Made by a program: the position numbers and the translations under genes
Shown: positions 10,086 through 20,740 of the stretch, one piece after another
Layout of the letters: each line of letters starts with the position of its first letter
How positions within the stretch are numbered: the stretch's first letter is position 1
Origin: an uncultured Candidatus Rokubacteria bacterium
GTDB lineage: Bacteria > Methylomirabilota > Methylomirabilia > Rokubacteriales > CSP1-6
NCBI GenBank assembly: GCA_963754315.1
Contig: CAVWFS010000007.1
Coordinates: 863,964-927,963, forward strand
Reading direction: 5' to 3'
Length of the DNA stretch: 64,000 nucleotides
Notes under the pieces: generated by a model
Told to the model about the DNA's origin: nothing
What the model saw: the letters and a program-made list of their open reading frames with translations, nothing else
The model's database searches: none

Positions 10086-11085
10086 ATGGGTACTCGGCGT
10101 GCATTTCTGAGCAAGACCGGGGCGATGGTGGCGGGCGCTGCCTTGGTCGCCCGTCCCCCGCGTGCATTCGGCCAATCGAAGATGGTGCTCAAGGCCTCCG
10201 ACGTGCACCCGCTCGGCTATCCGACGGTGGAGGCGATCGTTCGCATGGGGAAGAAGCTGGAGACGGCCTCCGGCGGCCGGCTGACGGTCCAGATGTTCCC
10301 GGCCATGCAGCTCGGCGGCGAGAAGGAGATGCTGGAGCAGACCCAGGTGGGCGCGCTCCAGATCTGCCGGGTGAGCGTCGGGCCCGGTGGGGACCATCGT
10401 CGATGAGCTGAACGTCTTCAACCTCCCGTTCGTCTTCCGCGACGAGGGCCACATGCGCAAGGTGATCGACGGCCCCATCGGCGTGGAGCTCATCGAGAAG
10501 ATCACCGCGGCGCCCAACTCGCGCCTGGTCGGTCTCGGCTGGATGGATGCCGGGACGCGCAGCGTGTACGCCAAGAAGGCCTTCCGGTCGCCGGCCGACC
10601 TCAAGGGTCAGAAGATCCGCATGATGGGCAATCCGATCTTCGTCGAGACCATGAACGCCATGGGCGGCAACGGCATCTCGATGGGGTTCAACGAGCTCTA
10701 TAGCGCGCTGCAGACGGGCGTGGTGGACGGCGCCGAGAACAATCCGCCCACCCTGCTCACCCACAACCACTATCAGATCAGCAAGGTCTACAGCCTGACC
10801 GGACACCTGATCATCCCGGAGATCTTCGTCTTCTCCCGCCGGACCTGGGACACCCTGACCCCGGACGATCAGGCACTCATCAAGAAGCTCTCGCGCGAGG
10901 CCCAGCTCGAGCAGCGAGACCTGTGGGACAAGATGGTCGCCGAGTCGACCCAGAAGCTGAAGGCCTCTGGCGTGGAATTCGTGGAGGTCGACAAGAAGGC
11001 CTACTACGAGGCGACCAAGCCCGTCCGCGACAAGTACGGCGCCAAGTGGACGGCCCTCATCAAGCGGATCGAGGACACCAAGTGA
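10086..11085 (+). CDS. dctP: TRAP substrate-binding protein, frameshift near 10385
   Basis: Tat signal; DLKGQKIRMM; ELYSALQTGVVDGAENN. Confidence 0.9.
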
Positions 11086-11139
11086 GCCACGGGAGGGTGG
11101 CGGGGTTTCCACGCCCCGCCGCCGGAGGCGCGCCCGCGC

Positions 11140-11662
11140 GTGAAGACGGCTTATGTCCAAGCGATGGAGTGGCTGTACCTCGCGTGCGTGATCGTCTCGG
11201 GAGTGAGCCTGATCGTCATCACCGTGATCATCCCCTACGGCGTCGTCATGCGCTACGTGGTGAACGCTCCCGCCTCGTGGCCGGAGCCGGCGGCGGTGCT
11301 GCTCATGGTCGTGTTCTCCTTCATCGGCGGCGCTGCCGTCTACCGCGCCAACGTGCACATTGCGGTGCGGGCGGTGCTCGATGCCGTCGACGCGCGAACG
11401 CGCCGGGTCCTGGTCTGCGCCTGGTCGATGTGGCGCTGGCCTTGACCGCCATCTTCATGCTGGTGTGGGGGGCGCGCCTGGTGCGCACGACGTGGCATCA
11501 GGTGATCGCCGAGTTTCCCCTCCTCTCGGTCGGCGTGACATATCTGCCCGCTGCCCCTCGCCGGGCTTTCTGACCCTGCTCTTCATCATCGAGCGCGTGT
11601 GGATCGGCGAGCCGCCCCGCACCTCGGTCATGTACCGGGACGAGGCGGCGGCCCTCGAGTAG
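11140..11662 (+). CDS. dctQ: TRAP small permease, frameshifted
   Basis: VVMRYVVN..SWPE, HIAV; lies between dctP and dctM. Confidence 0.85.
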
Positions 11663-11669
11663 GCCGACC

Positions 11670-12956
11670 ATGGACGCCATCGTGCTGCTCGGCGCCTTCG
11701 CCATCCTGTGCGCCATCGGCATGCCGGTGGCGTACACGCTCGGGCTGGCCAGCCTCATTGCTGCCTTCTGGGTGGACATTCCGCTGGAGGCGGTGATGCT
11801 GAAGATCTCGGATGGCACCGACGACTTCTCGCTGCTGGCCATCCCCTTCTTCGTGCTGGCCGGCGCCATCATGGCCGAGGGCGGCATGGCCACGCGCCTC
11901 GTCAACCTGGCCACCGTGCTGGTCGGCTTCATCAGGGGCGGGCTGGCGGTGGTGAACGTGGTGGCCTCCACGTTCTTTGCCGGAGTGTCTGGTTCCTCCG
12001 TCGCCGACACCGCCTCCATCGGCAGCGTCATGATCCCCCAGATGGTGCGGGCCGGGCTATCCGCGCGTGTTCTCCACCAACGTCACCATCTGCGGCTCGG
12101 TCCAGGCCGTGCTCATCCCGCCCTCTCACAACGCGGTCATCTACTCGCTGGCCGCCGGGGGCACCATCTCCATCGCTCACCTGTTCCTGGCTGGCGTTCT
12201 CCCCGGCTTGCTCTTCGGCCTCTGCCTGATCGGCCTCATTCTCGTCACCGCCTACCGGCGGGGGTTCCCCAAGGCGGAGCCCGTCCCCCTCCGGCAGGCC
12301 CTCAGGATCGCCCTCGACGCCGTGTGGGGGCTGATCACCATGGTCATCATCCTGGGGGGAATCCTCGGCGGTGTCTTCACCGCCACCGAGTCGGCGGCCA
12401 TCGCCTGCGTGTACGCCTTCTTCGTCACCATCTTCATCTACCGCGACTACCGCTGGCGCGATTTGCCCCATCTCATCCACCGCACGGTGAAGACGGTGGC
12501 CATGGTGATGATGCTCATCGGCTTCTCGGTGGCCTTCGGCTACATGCTGGCCATCTTGCAAATTCCCGCGCGCGCCACCGAGTTCTTCCTGACGCCTCAC
12601 GGCCAACAAGTACGTGCTCCTTCTTCTCATCAACGGGTTGCTGCTGGGGCTCGGCACCTTCCTCGACATGGCCCCCATGATCCTCATCTGCACGCCCATC
12701 CTGCTCCCGGTCCTGGTCAAGGTCGGGGTCGATCCCGTCCACTTCGGGATGATCCTGCTCGTCAACGCGCGGCATCGGCCTCATCACACCGCCCGTGGGT
12801 CCGACCTTGTTTGTGGGATGTGCGCTGGGCCGGGTCACCATGGAGGAGGTCTCGCGCGAGCTGTGGCCATTCTATGCGGCGATGCTGCTCGCGCTCCTGC
12901 TGGTGACGTACGTGCCGGCCATCTCGCTGTGGCTGCCGAGCCTCGTCAAATTCTGA
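11670..12956 (+). CDS. dctM: TRAP large permease, three frameshifts
   Basis: LLAIPFFVLAG, GVSGSSVAD, LIPPSH, GVFTATES, GVDPVHFG. Confidence 0.9.
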
Positions 12957-13051
12957 GGCGGCGTGCGCTACAACGAGCGGGTGGACACGGAGAGCCTGAA
13001 GCTCTCCGCCCTCATGTGGGAGGCCCTGTGCCGCGACTTCCTCGGCTGATA

Positions 13052-14293
13052 CTAGCCCGGCGCCGCGCCCTGCGTGCTGACGTAGAGGGCGTACAGTGAC
13101 TGGCTGGCGGCCATGAACAGACGGTTGCGCTTGGGGCCCCCGAAGCAGACATTGCCGCAGACCTCGGGCAGCCGGATGCGGCCGATCAGCTTGCCGTCGG
13201 GGTTCCAGACGGTCACCCCGCTGTAGCCCACGGAACGGCCGGCGTTACTCGAGCACCAGAGGTTACCATCCACGTCCGCGCGTACGCCGTCGGGGCCGCA
13301 TTTCACACCGTCGATCATGAAGTCCGTGAACACCTTGCGGTTGCTGACCTTGTTGTCGCTGCCCACGTCGAAGACGTGCATGTCGCGATTGCCGCCCGGC
13401 CCCGTGTCGCCCGGCCCGCGGCCTGTGCTGATGACGTAGAGCTTCTTGTAGTCGGGCGAGAAGCACAAACCATTGGGATCGGGGACCTGATCCTCGCCCA
13501 CCACCAGGCTCACGCGTCCGCTGGGGTCGACGCGATAGACGGATGTGGGCAGCTCACGCTTCGCCTCGCCGATCTCCGGTGGCTGGCCGAGCCGGGGTTT
13601 GAGCCGGCCCGCGCGGTTGCTGGGTCCGCCAGGCGCGTCGGGCGTGCCCTCGTACAGCTGGCCGCCGTACGGTGGATCGGTGAACCAGTAGCTACCGTCC
13701 GGGTGGGGGACGACATCGTTGGGGGAGTTGAGACGCTTGCCATCGTAGCGGTCCGCGATCACGGTCACCGAGCCGTCGAGCTCGTAACGCACCACCCGTC
13801 GCGTGAGGTGCTCGCACGACAGCTGGCGGCCCTGGAAGTCGAACGTGTTGCCGTTGCTGTTGTTCGAGGGCATGCGGAAGACGCTCACGCGGCCGTCATC
13901 CTCCAGCCACCGCAGCTGTCGATTGTTGGGAATGTCACTCCAGACCAGATAGCGCCCCTGGGCGTTCCAGGCTGGCCCCTCGGACCACAGCGCGCCCGTC
14001 CACAACCGCTGGATCGGCGCGTTGGCCTGGCGCAGGGCGTTGAAGGCCGGATCGATCGTGAGCACGTCGGGGTCGGTGAAATACACATTCGGGGGCGCGT
14101 TGGGCCCGAAATCACGCGGCGGACTCGTGATCGTGCTCGGCGGCGACGCCGGACCGGCCGCAGGTGTCTGGGCGGCTGCGAGCCGCGGCGCGACCGCAAG
14201 ACCGCCGACGGTGGTCGCCATGGCGGTGATGAGCATACGCCGCGATATGGGTCCTGATCTCGCGCCTTCTCGTTCGCGCTCGCGTCGTGTCAT
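13052..14293 (-). CDS. SMP-30/gluconolactonase family, Tat-exported
   Basis: WSEGPAW, LNSPND, PNGLCFSPD, GPDG; RBS before ATG at 14293. Confidence 0.9.
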   Translation of the reverse strand: MTRREREREGARSGPISRRMLITAMATTVGGLAVAPRLAAAQTPAAGPASPPSTITSPPRDFGPNAPPNVYFTDPDVLTIDPAFNALRQANAPIQRLWTGALWSEGPAWNAQGRYLVWSDIPNNRQLRWLEDDGRVSVFRMPSNNSNGNTFDFQGRQLSCEHLTRRVVRYELDGSVTVIADRYDGKRLNSPNDVVPHPDGSYWFTDPPYGGQLYEGTPDAPGGPSNRAGRLKPRLGQPPEIGEAKRELPTSVYRVDPSGRVSLVVGEDQVPDPNGLCFSPDYKKLYVISTGRGPGDTGPGGNRDMHVFDVGSDNKVSNRKVFTDFMIDGVKCGPDGVRADVDGNLWCSSNAGRSVGYSGVTVWNPDGKLIGRIRLPEVCGNVCFGGPKRNRLFMAASQSLYALYVSTQGAAPG

Positions 14294-14469
14294 GGTGGGC
14301 CTCCTTGCCAGGCGCGACCCTATCAACGATCGCCGGAGGAGGTCAACACCCGATCCGTCGTGGCACCCCCTTACCCGTGTATTTGCGGTCCGGGCGCGTG
14401 GTGGCGCATGATGGCGCGCGGCGGCGGCCCTCGCGAGGGCCAATGACATCAAGGAGGAGCACGCGGCTC

Positions 14470-15498
14470 ATGCCCGCACCGAAGACCAACCAGAACTGGC
14501 TCACGCTGACAGTCGAGGAACCGCTCGACCGCGACCTGCCCATTTGCGACCCGCATCATCACCTCTGGGATTCCCAGACTGCTCGGGTCGCCCCACGCTA
14601 TTTGCTCGACGAGATCCTCGAGGATCTCCGTGGAGGCCACAACGTCGTCTCCACTGTCTTCATCGAATGCGGCGCCATGTACCGGCGGGACGGGGTCGAG
14701 CCCCTGCGCGTCGTGGGCGAGACGGAGTTTGTGAACGGGATCGCGGCCATGAGCGCGTCAGGCCTCTACGGGGCGCCGCGCGTTGCCGCCGGGATCGTGG
14801 GGACGGCCGACCTGCGGCTCGGCAAGGCGGTGGGCGCCGTGCTCGATGCTCAGATCGCCGCCGGTGGCGGCAGGTTTCGCGGCATCCGTCGCTCGGCGGC
14901 CTGGGATGCCGATGAGGCCGTGCCCAAGCACCGCACCGCACCGCCGCCGGGGCTGTTCGCCCGTGACGACTTTCGAGCCGGTTTCGCCGAGCTGGCGCCG
15001 CGTGGACTGACGTTCGAGGCCTGGTGCTACCACCGTCAGATCCCGGACGTCACCGCCCTGGCGCGCGCGTTTCCCGGCACGACGATCATCCTGAACCACT
15101 TTGGCGGACCCATCGGCGTCGGGTCCTATGCGGGCCGGGCGCGCGAGGTGTACGCGGAATGGCGCACCGCCATCCGCGAGCTCGCCACCTGTCCCAACGT
15201 CATGGTCAAGCTCGGGGGGATCAACATGGAGGTCAACGGCTTCGGCTGGCACGACCACCCGCGGCCGCCCTCCAGCCAGGAGCTGGCGGACGCGACCCGG
15301 CAGTACTACGAGTTCACCATCGAGACGTTTGGTCCCGATCGGTGCATGTTCGAGTCGAACTTCCCCGTCGACGCCGTCAGTTGCAGCTATACCGTGCTGT
15401 GGAATTCGTTCAAGCGTCTGGCGGCGGGATACCCGACGGAGGTGAAGGCCAAGCTGTTCCACGACACCGCGGCCCGCGTCTACCGCCTCGTCTCCTGA
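14470..15498 (+). CDS. Amidohydrolase_2 family (lactonase-like)
   Basis: ICDPHHHLW, ILNHFGGP, MFESNFPVD. Confidence 0.88.
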   Translation: MPAPKTNQNWLTLTVEEPLDRDLPICDPHHHLWDSQTARVAPRYLLDEILEDLRGGHNVVSTVFIECGAMYRRDGVEPLRVVGETEFVNGIAAMSASGLYGAPRVAAGIVGTADLRLGKAVGAVLDAQIAAGGGRFRGIRRSAAWDADEAVPKHRTAPPPGLFARDDFRAGFAELAPRGLTFEAWCYHRQIPDVTALARAFPGTTIILNHFGGPIGVGSYAGRAREVYAEWRTAIRELATCPNVMVKLGGINMEVNGFGWHDHPRPPSSQELADATRQYYEFTIETFGPDRCMFESNFPVDAVSCSYTVLWNSFKRLAAGYPTEVKAKLFHDTAARVYRLVS

Positions 15499-15536
15499 GG
15501 CGCACCTCGCGCCACCCGACACGATCGAGGAGGCCT

Positions 15537-15623
15537 ATGCGCGCATTGGGCCTGCAGAGCCTGACCCAGGAGGAGAAGGAGCTCATCCTCTGGAAGAACT
15601 TGGAGCGGTTGCTGGGGCTCTAG
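15537..15623 (+). pseudogene. Orphan amidohydrolase-like C-terminal remnant
   Basis: LTQEEKELILWKNLERLLGL* resembles Amidohydro_2 termini. Confidence 0.4.
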
Positions 15624-15713
15624 CCCACCTATGACGTCCGGTCGGTGGCAGTTGCGCGTGCGGACGGAATGTCGCACGATCACCCTCATCCGGCTGGGTG
15701 CCAGGAGGGTGCG

Positions 15714-16577
15714 ATGACGACCGTCGGCAGCGGCAGCTACCGCTACGAGCTGAACGAGACGTGGGCCAAGCTTCCCAGCGGGTGGACCTTCGGTCAAGTG
15801 AGCGCGGTGGCTACCGACTCCCAGGATCGCGTCTACGCCTTCCAGCGGAAGGACCCGCCCGTCGTCGTCTTCGATCGAGACGGCACCTACCTCAGCTCGT
15901 GGGGGAGCAGCGCCATCGCCGACCCCCACGGCCTCTGCATCATCAATGACGTGATCTACCTGACCGACCGGAATGACCACGTGGCCTTGAAGTACACCCT
16001 GGACGGCAAGCCTCTGATGATTCTCGGCGCTCGGGGCCAACCGTCCGACACGGGCGCCACCAAGGACATCGAGCTCCCCCCGCGCTCGGCGGGGCCGTTC
16101 AACAAGCCGACCGAGATGATGGTGGCGCCGTCCGGCGATCTATACGTCTCGGACGGGTACCGCAACAGCCGCGTCCATCGCTTCTCGAGCCAGGGTGCCT
16201 TGCTCGACTCGTGGGGGCAGCCGGGCAAGGAAGCGCCCGGAGAGTTTCATCTGCCCCACAGCCTGTGGGTCGATCGTCAGAACAACGTCTATGTCTGCGA
16301 CCGCGAGAACAGTCGCATCCAGGTCTTCACGGCGGCGGGGAAGTTCGTCGCCCAGTGGCGGGACATCCACAAACCGACCGACATCTATTTCGACACTCAG
16401 GAAGTCGCCTACGTGAGCGAGCAGCGGCCGTCGATCAGCATTCTGGACAAGCGGGGCACCGTGCTCGCCCGCTTCGACTCGCCGTCCGGTCACGGCATCT
16501 GGGTCGATTCGAGGGGAAGCATCTATCTGGCCGAGGCCGGCAAGCAGCGACTCACGAAGTACATCCGTCAACGCTGA
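15714..16577 (+). CDS. NHL-repeat protein (PAL-like)
   Basis: YVSDGYRNSRV, FHLPHSL, YVCDRENSRIQVF. Confidence 0.85.
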   Translation: MTTVGSGSYRYELNETWAKLPSGWTFGQVSAVATDSQDRVYAFQRKDPPVVVFDRDGTYLSSWGSSAIADPHGLCIINDVIYLTDRNDHVALKYTLDGKPLMILGARGQPSDTGATKDIELPPRSAGPFNKPTEMMVAPSGDLYVSDGYRNSRVHRFSSQGALLDSWGQPGKEAPGEFHLPHSLWVDRQNNVYVCDRENSRIQVFTAAGKFVAQWRDIHKPTDIYFDTQEVAYVSEQRPSISILDKRGTVLARFDSPSGHGIWVDSRGSIYLAEAGKQRLTKYIRQR

Positions 16578-16599
16578 GGCAGACCGAAGGAGGAACGCG

Positions 16600-17226
16600 A
16601 TGATCCACGAAATTCGTACCTACACGTTGCGCACGGGGGCGGTGGCCGAGTTCGAGGAGCGCTTTGCCAAGCGCAAGCCGCTGCGCGAGAAGCATTCGCA
16701 GCTGGGCGGCTTCTGGCACACCGAGTTTGGTCCGCTCAACCAGGTCGTGCACCTCTGGCCCTACGAGAACCTCCAGCAGCGCATGGCGGTGCGCGAGGCC
16801 ATGACCAAGGACACTGCGCTCCAGCAGCTTCCAGGCGGGCGCGATCTGATCGTGGAGCAGCAGGCCGACATCATGATTCCGGCGCCGTTCATGCAGCCCC
16901 TGGGCAGCCGCGACTTCGGCACCGGGAATCTCTACGAGATGCGGATCTACACCTACGCGCCGGGCGACCTCCCGGCCGTGCTGGAGGCGTGGGGCAAGGC
17001 CGTGCCCGGCCGTGAGAAGCTCTCCCCGCTGGTGGGGTGCTGGACGAGCGAGCTCGGAGGGCTGAACAAGTTCGTGCACCTCTGGGTCTACAAGGACGCA
17101 AACGAGCGCACGCGCATTCGCGAGGAATCGCGCAAAGGCGGCCAGTGGCCGCCGCAATCCGGCGTGCGGCCGCTCCGCCAAGAGAACAAGCTGCTGATCC
17201 CGGCGGCGTTCTCGTCCCTGCGGTAG
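16600..17226 (+). CDS. NIPSNAP family protein with two domains
   Basis: IHEIRTY..GPLNQVVHLW and LYEMRIY..GGLNKFVHLW. Confidence 0.88.
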   Translation: MIHEIRTYTLRTGAVAEFEERFAKRKPLREKHSQLGGFWHTEFGPLNQVVHLWPYENLQQRMAVREAMTKDTALQQLPGGRDLIVEQQADIMIPAPFMQPLGSRDFGTGNLYEMRIYTYAPGDLPAVLEAWGKAVPGREKLSPLVGCWTSELGGLNKFVHLWVYKDANERTRIREESRKGGQWPPQSGVRPLRQENKLLIPAAFSSLR

Positions 17227-17386
17227 TCTCCCCGCCAATCTCCAGCCCGGGCGGCGCCGACCTTGAGACGGCCGCGCCGTCCGGGCGCTCTATGGACACG
17301 TAGCGCCCACCCCGGTTCGACGGAGGAGACGAACGCGATGGCAGCGGTCAGGCGGCAGCGCGCGCAGTGGCTCGGGTAACGGGCCC

Positions 17387-18715
17387 GTGAGTCGGCCCGT
17401 CGAGGTGTCCCCGACTCCCGCGAAGTTCGGCGCGCTCCACCATCGCGACTACCGCCGCTACTTCCTCTGGGCGCTCATCGGCATGACGGCCGAGAGCATC
17501 GAGCACGTGGTCAGCTACTGGGTGATCTTCGAGTCCTTCCACTCCCCCACCATGGGCGGGTTCGCCGTCATCGGCCACTGGGCCCCGTACCTGTTCTTCT
17601 CCGTGTACGCGGGCGCCCTCGCCGACCGCTACGACTGCCGCAGGCTCATCCAGGTCGCCCAGGGGCTGATGATGCTCGCGTCGCTGGCCTGGGCCGGCCT
17701 CTTCCTGACGGGTACTCTGCGCGCCTGGCACGCCACGGTGATCCTGGCCATCCACGGGGCGGCCGGCGTTCTCGGGTCGCCGCCGTTCCAGCTCCTCGTG
17801 CACGACATCGTCGGCCCCCAGCATTTGCAGAGCGCGATCCGCCTCACGGCAATCAGCCGCTATTTCGCCATGCTCGTCGGACCTGCCATCGGTGGTGGGC
17901 TGATGCTCGTCCTCGGCCCGGGCGTGTCGCTCCTCGTCAACGTGCTGCTGTACGTGCCGCTCATCCTCTTCCTGTTCCGCCTGCCGTATACGGGGCACCG
18001 AGGCGAGGGCGACGGGCCGCGCCAGGCGTCACGCTTCCGACTCTCGGAGGCACGCCGACTCCTCTCCGAGGTCCAGAGCGAGGGGCGGATCCTCAGAATG
18101 ATCGTGCTGGCTGGCGCGACGTCGCTCTTCGTGGGCAGCGCGTTCCAGGCGCAGATGCCGGAGTTCGCGCACCAGCACGGGTCGGACGAGGCCGATGTCT
18201 GGTACAGCGTGCTCTTCGGGGCCAACGCGGCCGGCGCCGTGATCGGAGCCCTGCTCCTCGAGAGCGTCACCGCCCTGCGCGGCGGGGCGCGGGCGGCGAT
18301 CGTCTGCGCGGCCATCTGGGGAATGCTGATGGCGATCTTCCCCTTCGCCCACAGCTACGCGGCGTCGGTGACGCTGCTCATGCTGGCCGGCATCTTCAAC
18401 ATCGCCTTCACCTCGATGGCGCAGGCGCTCGTGCAGGTCCTGGCGCCGCAAAGGCTGCGTGGCCGCGTGGTCGGCCTCTTCAACGCGGCGATGCTGGGAC
18501 TCCGCACGGGCAGCGGGCTGACGGTCGGTGTCCTGGGTGCGGTGATCGGCGTCGAGTGGTCTCTGGCGCTGAGCGCCTCGGCCGTGGTCCTGGTCGCGCT
18601 CGGCCTGCTTGGCGCCGACCTCCGCTCGCCATCGACCGCGGAGGAACCCCAGGCCCCCGTGGTCGGCGCGCGCGGTAGCCCGGCACGTAGAGCACCACGC
18701 TCGCCGCGGGGGTGA
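17387..18715 (+). CDS. MFS transporter
   Basis: About 12 hydrophobic segments; GALADRYDCRR motif A; LRGRV. Confidence 0.88.
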   Translation: MSRPVEVSPTPAKFGALHHRDYRRYFLWALIGMTAESIEHVVSYWVIFESFHSPTMGGFAVIGHWAPYLFFSVYAGALADRYDCRRLIQVAQGLMMLASLAWAGLFLTGTLRAWHATVILAIHGAAGVLGSPPFQLLVHDIVGPQHLQSAIRLTAISRYFAMLVGPAIGGGLMLVLGPGVSLLVNVLLYVPLILFLFRLPYTGHRGEGDGPRQASRFRLSEARRLLSEVQSEGRILRMIVLAGATSLFVGSAFQAQMPEFAHQHGSDEADVWYSVLFGANAAGAVIGALLLESVTALRGGARAAIVCAAIWGMLMAIFPFAHSYAASVTLLMLAGIFNIAFTSMAQALVQVLAPQRLRGRVVGLFNAAMLGLRTGSGLTVGVLGAVIGVEWSLALSASAVVLVALGLLGADLRSPSTAEEPQAPVVGARGSPARRAPRSPRG

Positions 18716-18985
18716 GCGCTCGACCTGACGGTCGATGGCGGCGACGAACTCCCGCTCGGCTCGCGCTTCCGCCCTCAAGTCAGTTCCTCGTCCTGCATGA
18801 CGATGGGCGATGGCACCATCGTGCGCACGACGGTGCCGCTGCAGGAGGCCAGGAGAGTCGCGAGGGCGAGCGCGGCCACTGCGGCGCGGCGCAAACGATC
18901 ATGGGGGCAATGATAGCTGGCTCGTAGGAAATCGCCACCTCTTCGCGCGCTCACCGGAGGCCGTCCTGGCCCGAGCCGGACCCTT

Positions 18986-19330
18986 GTGCTCCACGTGCGC
19001 GCCTTCGATGACTCCACGAGCGCGATCGAGGAGAGCATCAAGGCCCTTCGGGATCCCCAAGGGGCGGCCAGCCGTCAGGTCAGTGTGTCCATGGCGCGTG
19101 ACCTGCTGACCGACCAGCGCCTGCACCTCCTCCGCGTCATTCGCAAGGAGCAACCCGAATCCCTTGCGGCCCTCGCGCGCTTGGTGGGCCGTCCCGACGA
19201 GTCCGTCAAGGCCGACTTGCTCCTGCTCGCCCGTACCGGCGCCGTCGCTCTCGAGAGTCCGTCATCCAAGAGCCAGACACGAGCACCCCGTGTCGTGTAT
19301 GAGCGCGTGGAGATCCGACTAGACCTGTGA
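18986..19330 (+). CDS. Predicted winged-HTH regulator (HVO_A0114-like)
   Basis: LLTDQRLHLLRVIRKEQPESLAALARLVGR..VKADL..P.VVYERVEIRL. Confidence 0.65.
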   Translation: MLHVRAFDDSTSAIEESIKALRDPQGAASRQVSVSMARDLLTDQRLHLLRVIRKEQPESLAALARLVGRPDESVKADLLLLARTGAVALESPSSKSQTRAPRVVYERVEIRLDL

Positions 19331-19427
19331 GGCGTCCTGTCTATTTCTTGCGCGGGTCGTCCTTGGGATCGATGTAGATTGACGTCGAAGGGCCCGACGC
19401 CGGGCCAGCTGTTCCCGCGCATGGTTC

Positions 19428-20609
19428 TCAACAGGGGTCTCCTGAACCCGCCGTGGGCCGCCCCACCAGTTCCGCGAGCACGACGCAGGCGAGGGCGAGG
19501 GCTTTCAGGTCGATGGCCGCGTCGCGGTAGAAGTGGTCGAGGCCGACGTCCGTGACCACGATACTGCCCGGTATGAGCTCGTCGGCGAGGAGTGTGAGCC
19601 CGTCGTTGGGGCCGAGTGGCCGGAGGGCCTCGTAGCGGCCCGCGACCGCGTCGCCGATGTGGCCGGAGAGCGGCACGCCGACGTATTGCAGGGTCAGGAC
19701 GTGTTCCGGCAGTTTCACGCGGTCGAACGCGGGCCGCCGGACGGTGGTACTGAGGTTCTCGATCACATCGGGCCGGAGGCCCTCGAACGCGAAAGCCAGC
19801 CGGGCCAGCCAGCTCTGCGGCCAGCCGACCCAGCGGTCCGCATAGGGACTTCCCCGCAGAAGGCCGCCGACGCTGATCCAGGCGCGGACGTGCCCGAGTG
19901 TGTCCGCCGGCAGCAGGGTGCCGAGCGCGAGCGCCACCTCGGGCCCCCCCTTGCTCGTGCTCACCACGATGACCTTGTCGTGGCGCTTGCCTAGACGCGT
20001 GAGCTCGCGGGCGACGATGGCGGCGTTCTCCTCCACGGCCCCGATTTCATCCGTCTCGATGAGCACGGTCGAGAACCCGTGGGCAGCCATGACCTGGCGG
20101 GGTCGGGCGAAATCCGCGCCTGTCCAAGGATCCCTCCTGTAGGCATAGCCCGGCACAAAAGCCATGAGGTACGCTCGGTAGTCCTCGGGAATCCGCGGCG
20201 TCGACGCCTGAGACATGAGCCGTTGCAGGGCGGCGTGGAAGGCGTCCTGCGCGCGGCGGTTGGCAGGAATGTCGTACAGGCGCGCGACGAAATAGAGGGT
20301 GGCCAGGTCCGTCGACGATCGGCGTGTGAGCCGCTCCATCGCCTCCCGGTCTTTCGGATCAGCGCGGACCTCCTGGAGTGCGCTCTCGATAGCCGCATCC
20401 CGCGCGGGGTCGGTCCGGCGCCCGCGCACGTAGCTCTCCAGGTAGTACTTCGCCAACTCCGAATCGACCGTGGTCGTCACGGCCTGTCCAGCGAGGGTCC
20501 CGACGGCCGGCACGCGTGGCGAGATCGAGCAGGCGGACACACCCAGCGCGAGCAGGGCGATGGCGAGCAGGGCGCGTCTCCGCCATCGATCCGCAGCGTT
20601 TTTAGTCAA
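19428..20609 (-). CDS. Lipoprotein with alpha/beta-hydrolase-like domain
   Basis: VSAC lipobox; STSKGG nucleophile-elbow-like motif; PNDG; DH. Confidence 0.7.
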   Translation of the reverse strand: MTKNAADRWRRRALLAIALLALGVSACSISPRVPAVGTLAGQAVTTTVDSELAKYYLESYVRGRRTDPARDAAIESALQEVRADPKDREAMERLTRRSSTDLATLYFVARLYDIPANRRAQDAFHAALQRLMSQASTPRIPEDYRAYLMAFVPGYAYRRDPWTGADFARPRQVMAAHGFSTVLIETDEIGAVEENAAIVARELTRLGKRHDKVIVVSTSKGGPEVALALGTLLPADTLGHVRAWISVGGLLRGSPYADRWVGWPQSWLARLAFAFEGLRPDVIENLSTTVRRPAFDRVKLPEHVLTLQYVGVPLSGHIGDAVAGRYEALRPLGPNDGLTLLADELIPGSIVVTDVGLDHFYRDAAIDLKALALACVVLAELVGRPTAGSGDPC

Positions 20610-20740
20610 TGGACCTCATTGAAACCGGAAAAGGTTTGACCCCAGCCCCTGACCCTTCGAGGGGATCCCGACTACAATACTCCCCGGCCACCGAGAGGGC
20701 CGGGGGTAGACCTTGGCGCGCGGTCTCATCGTCTCCTGAT

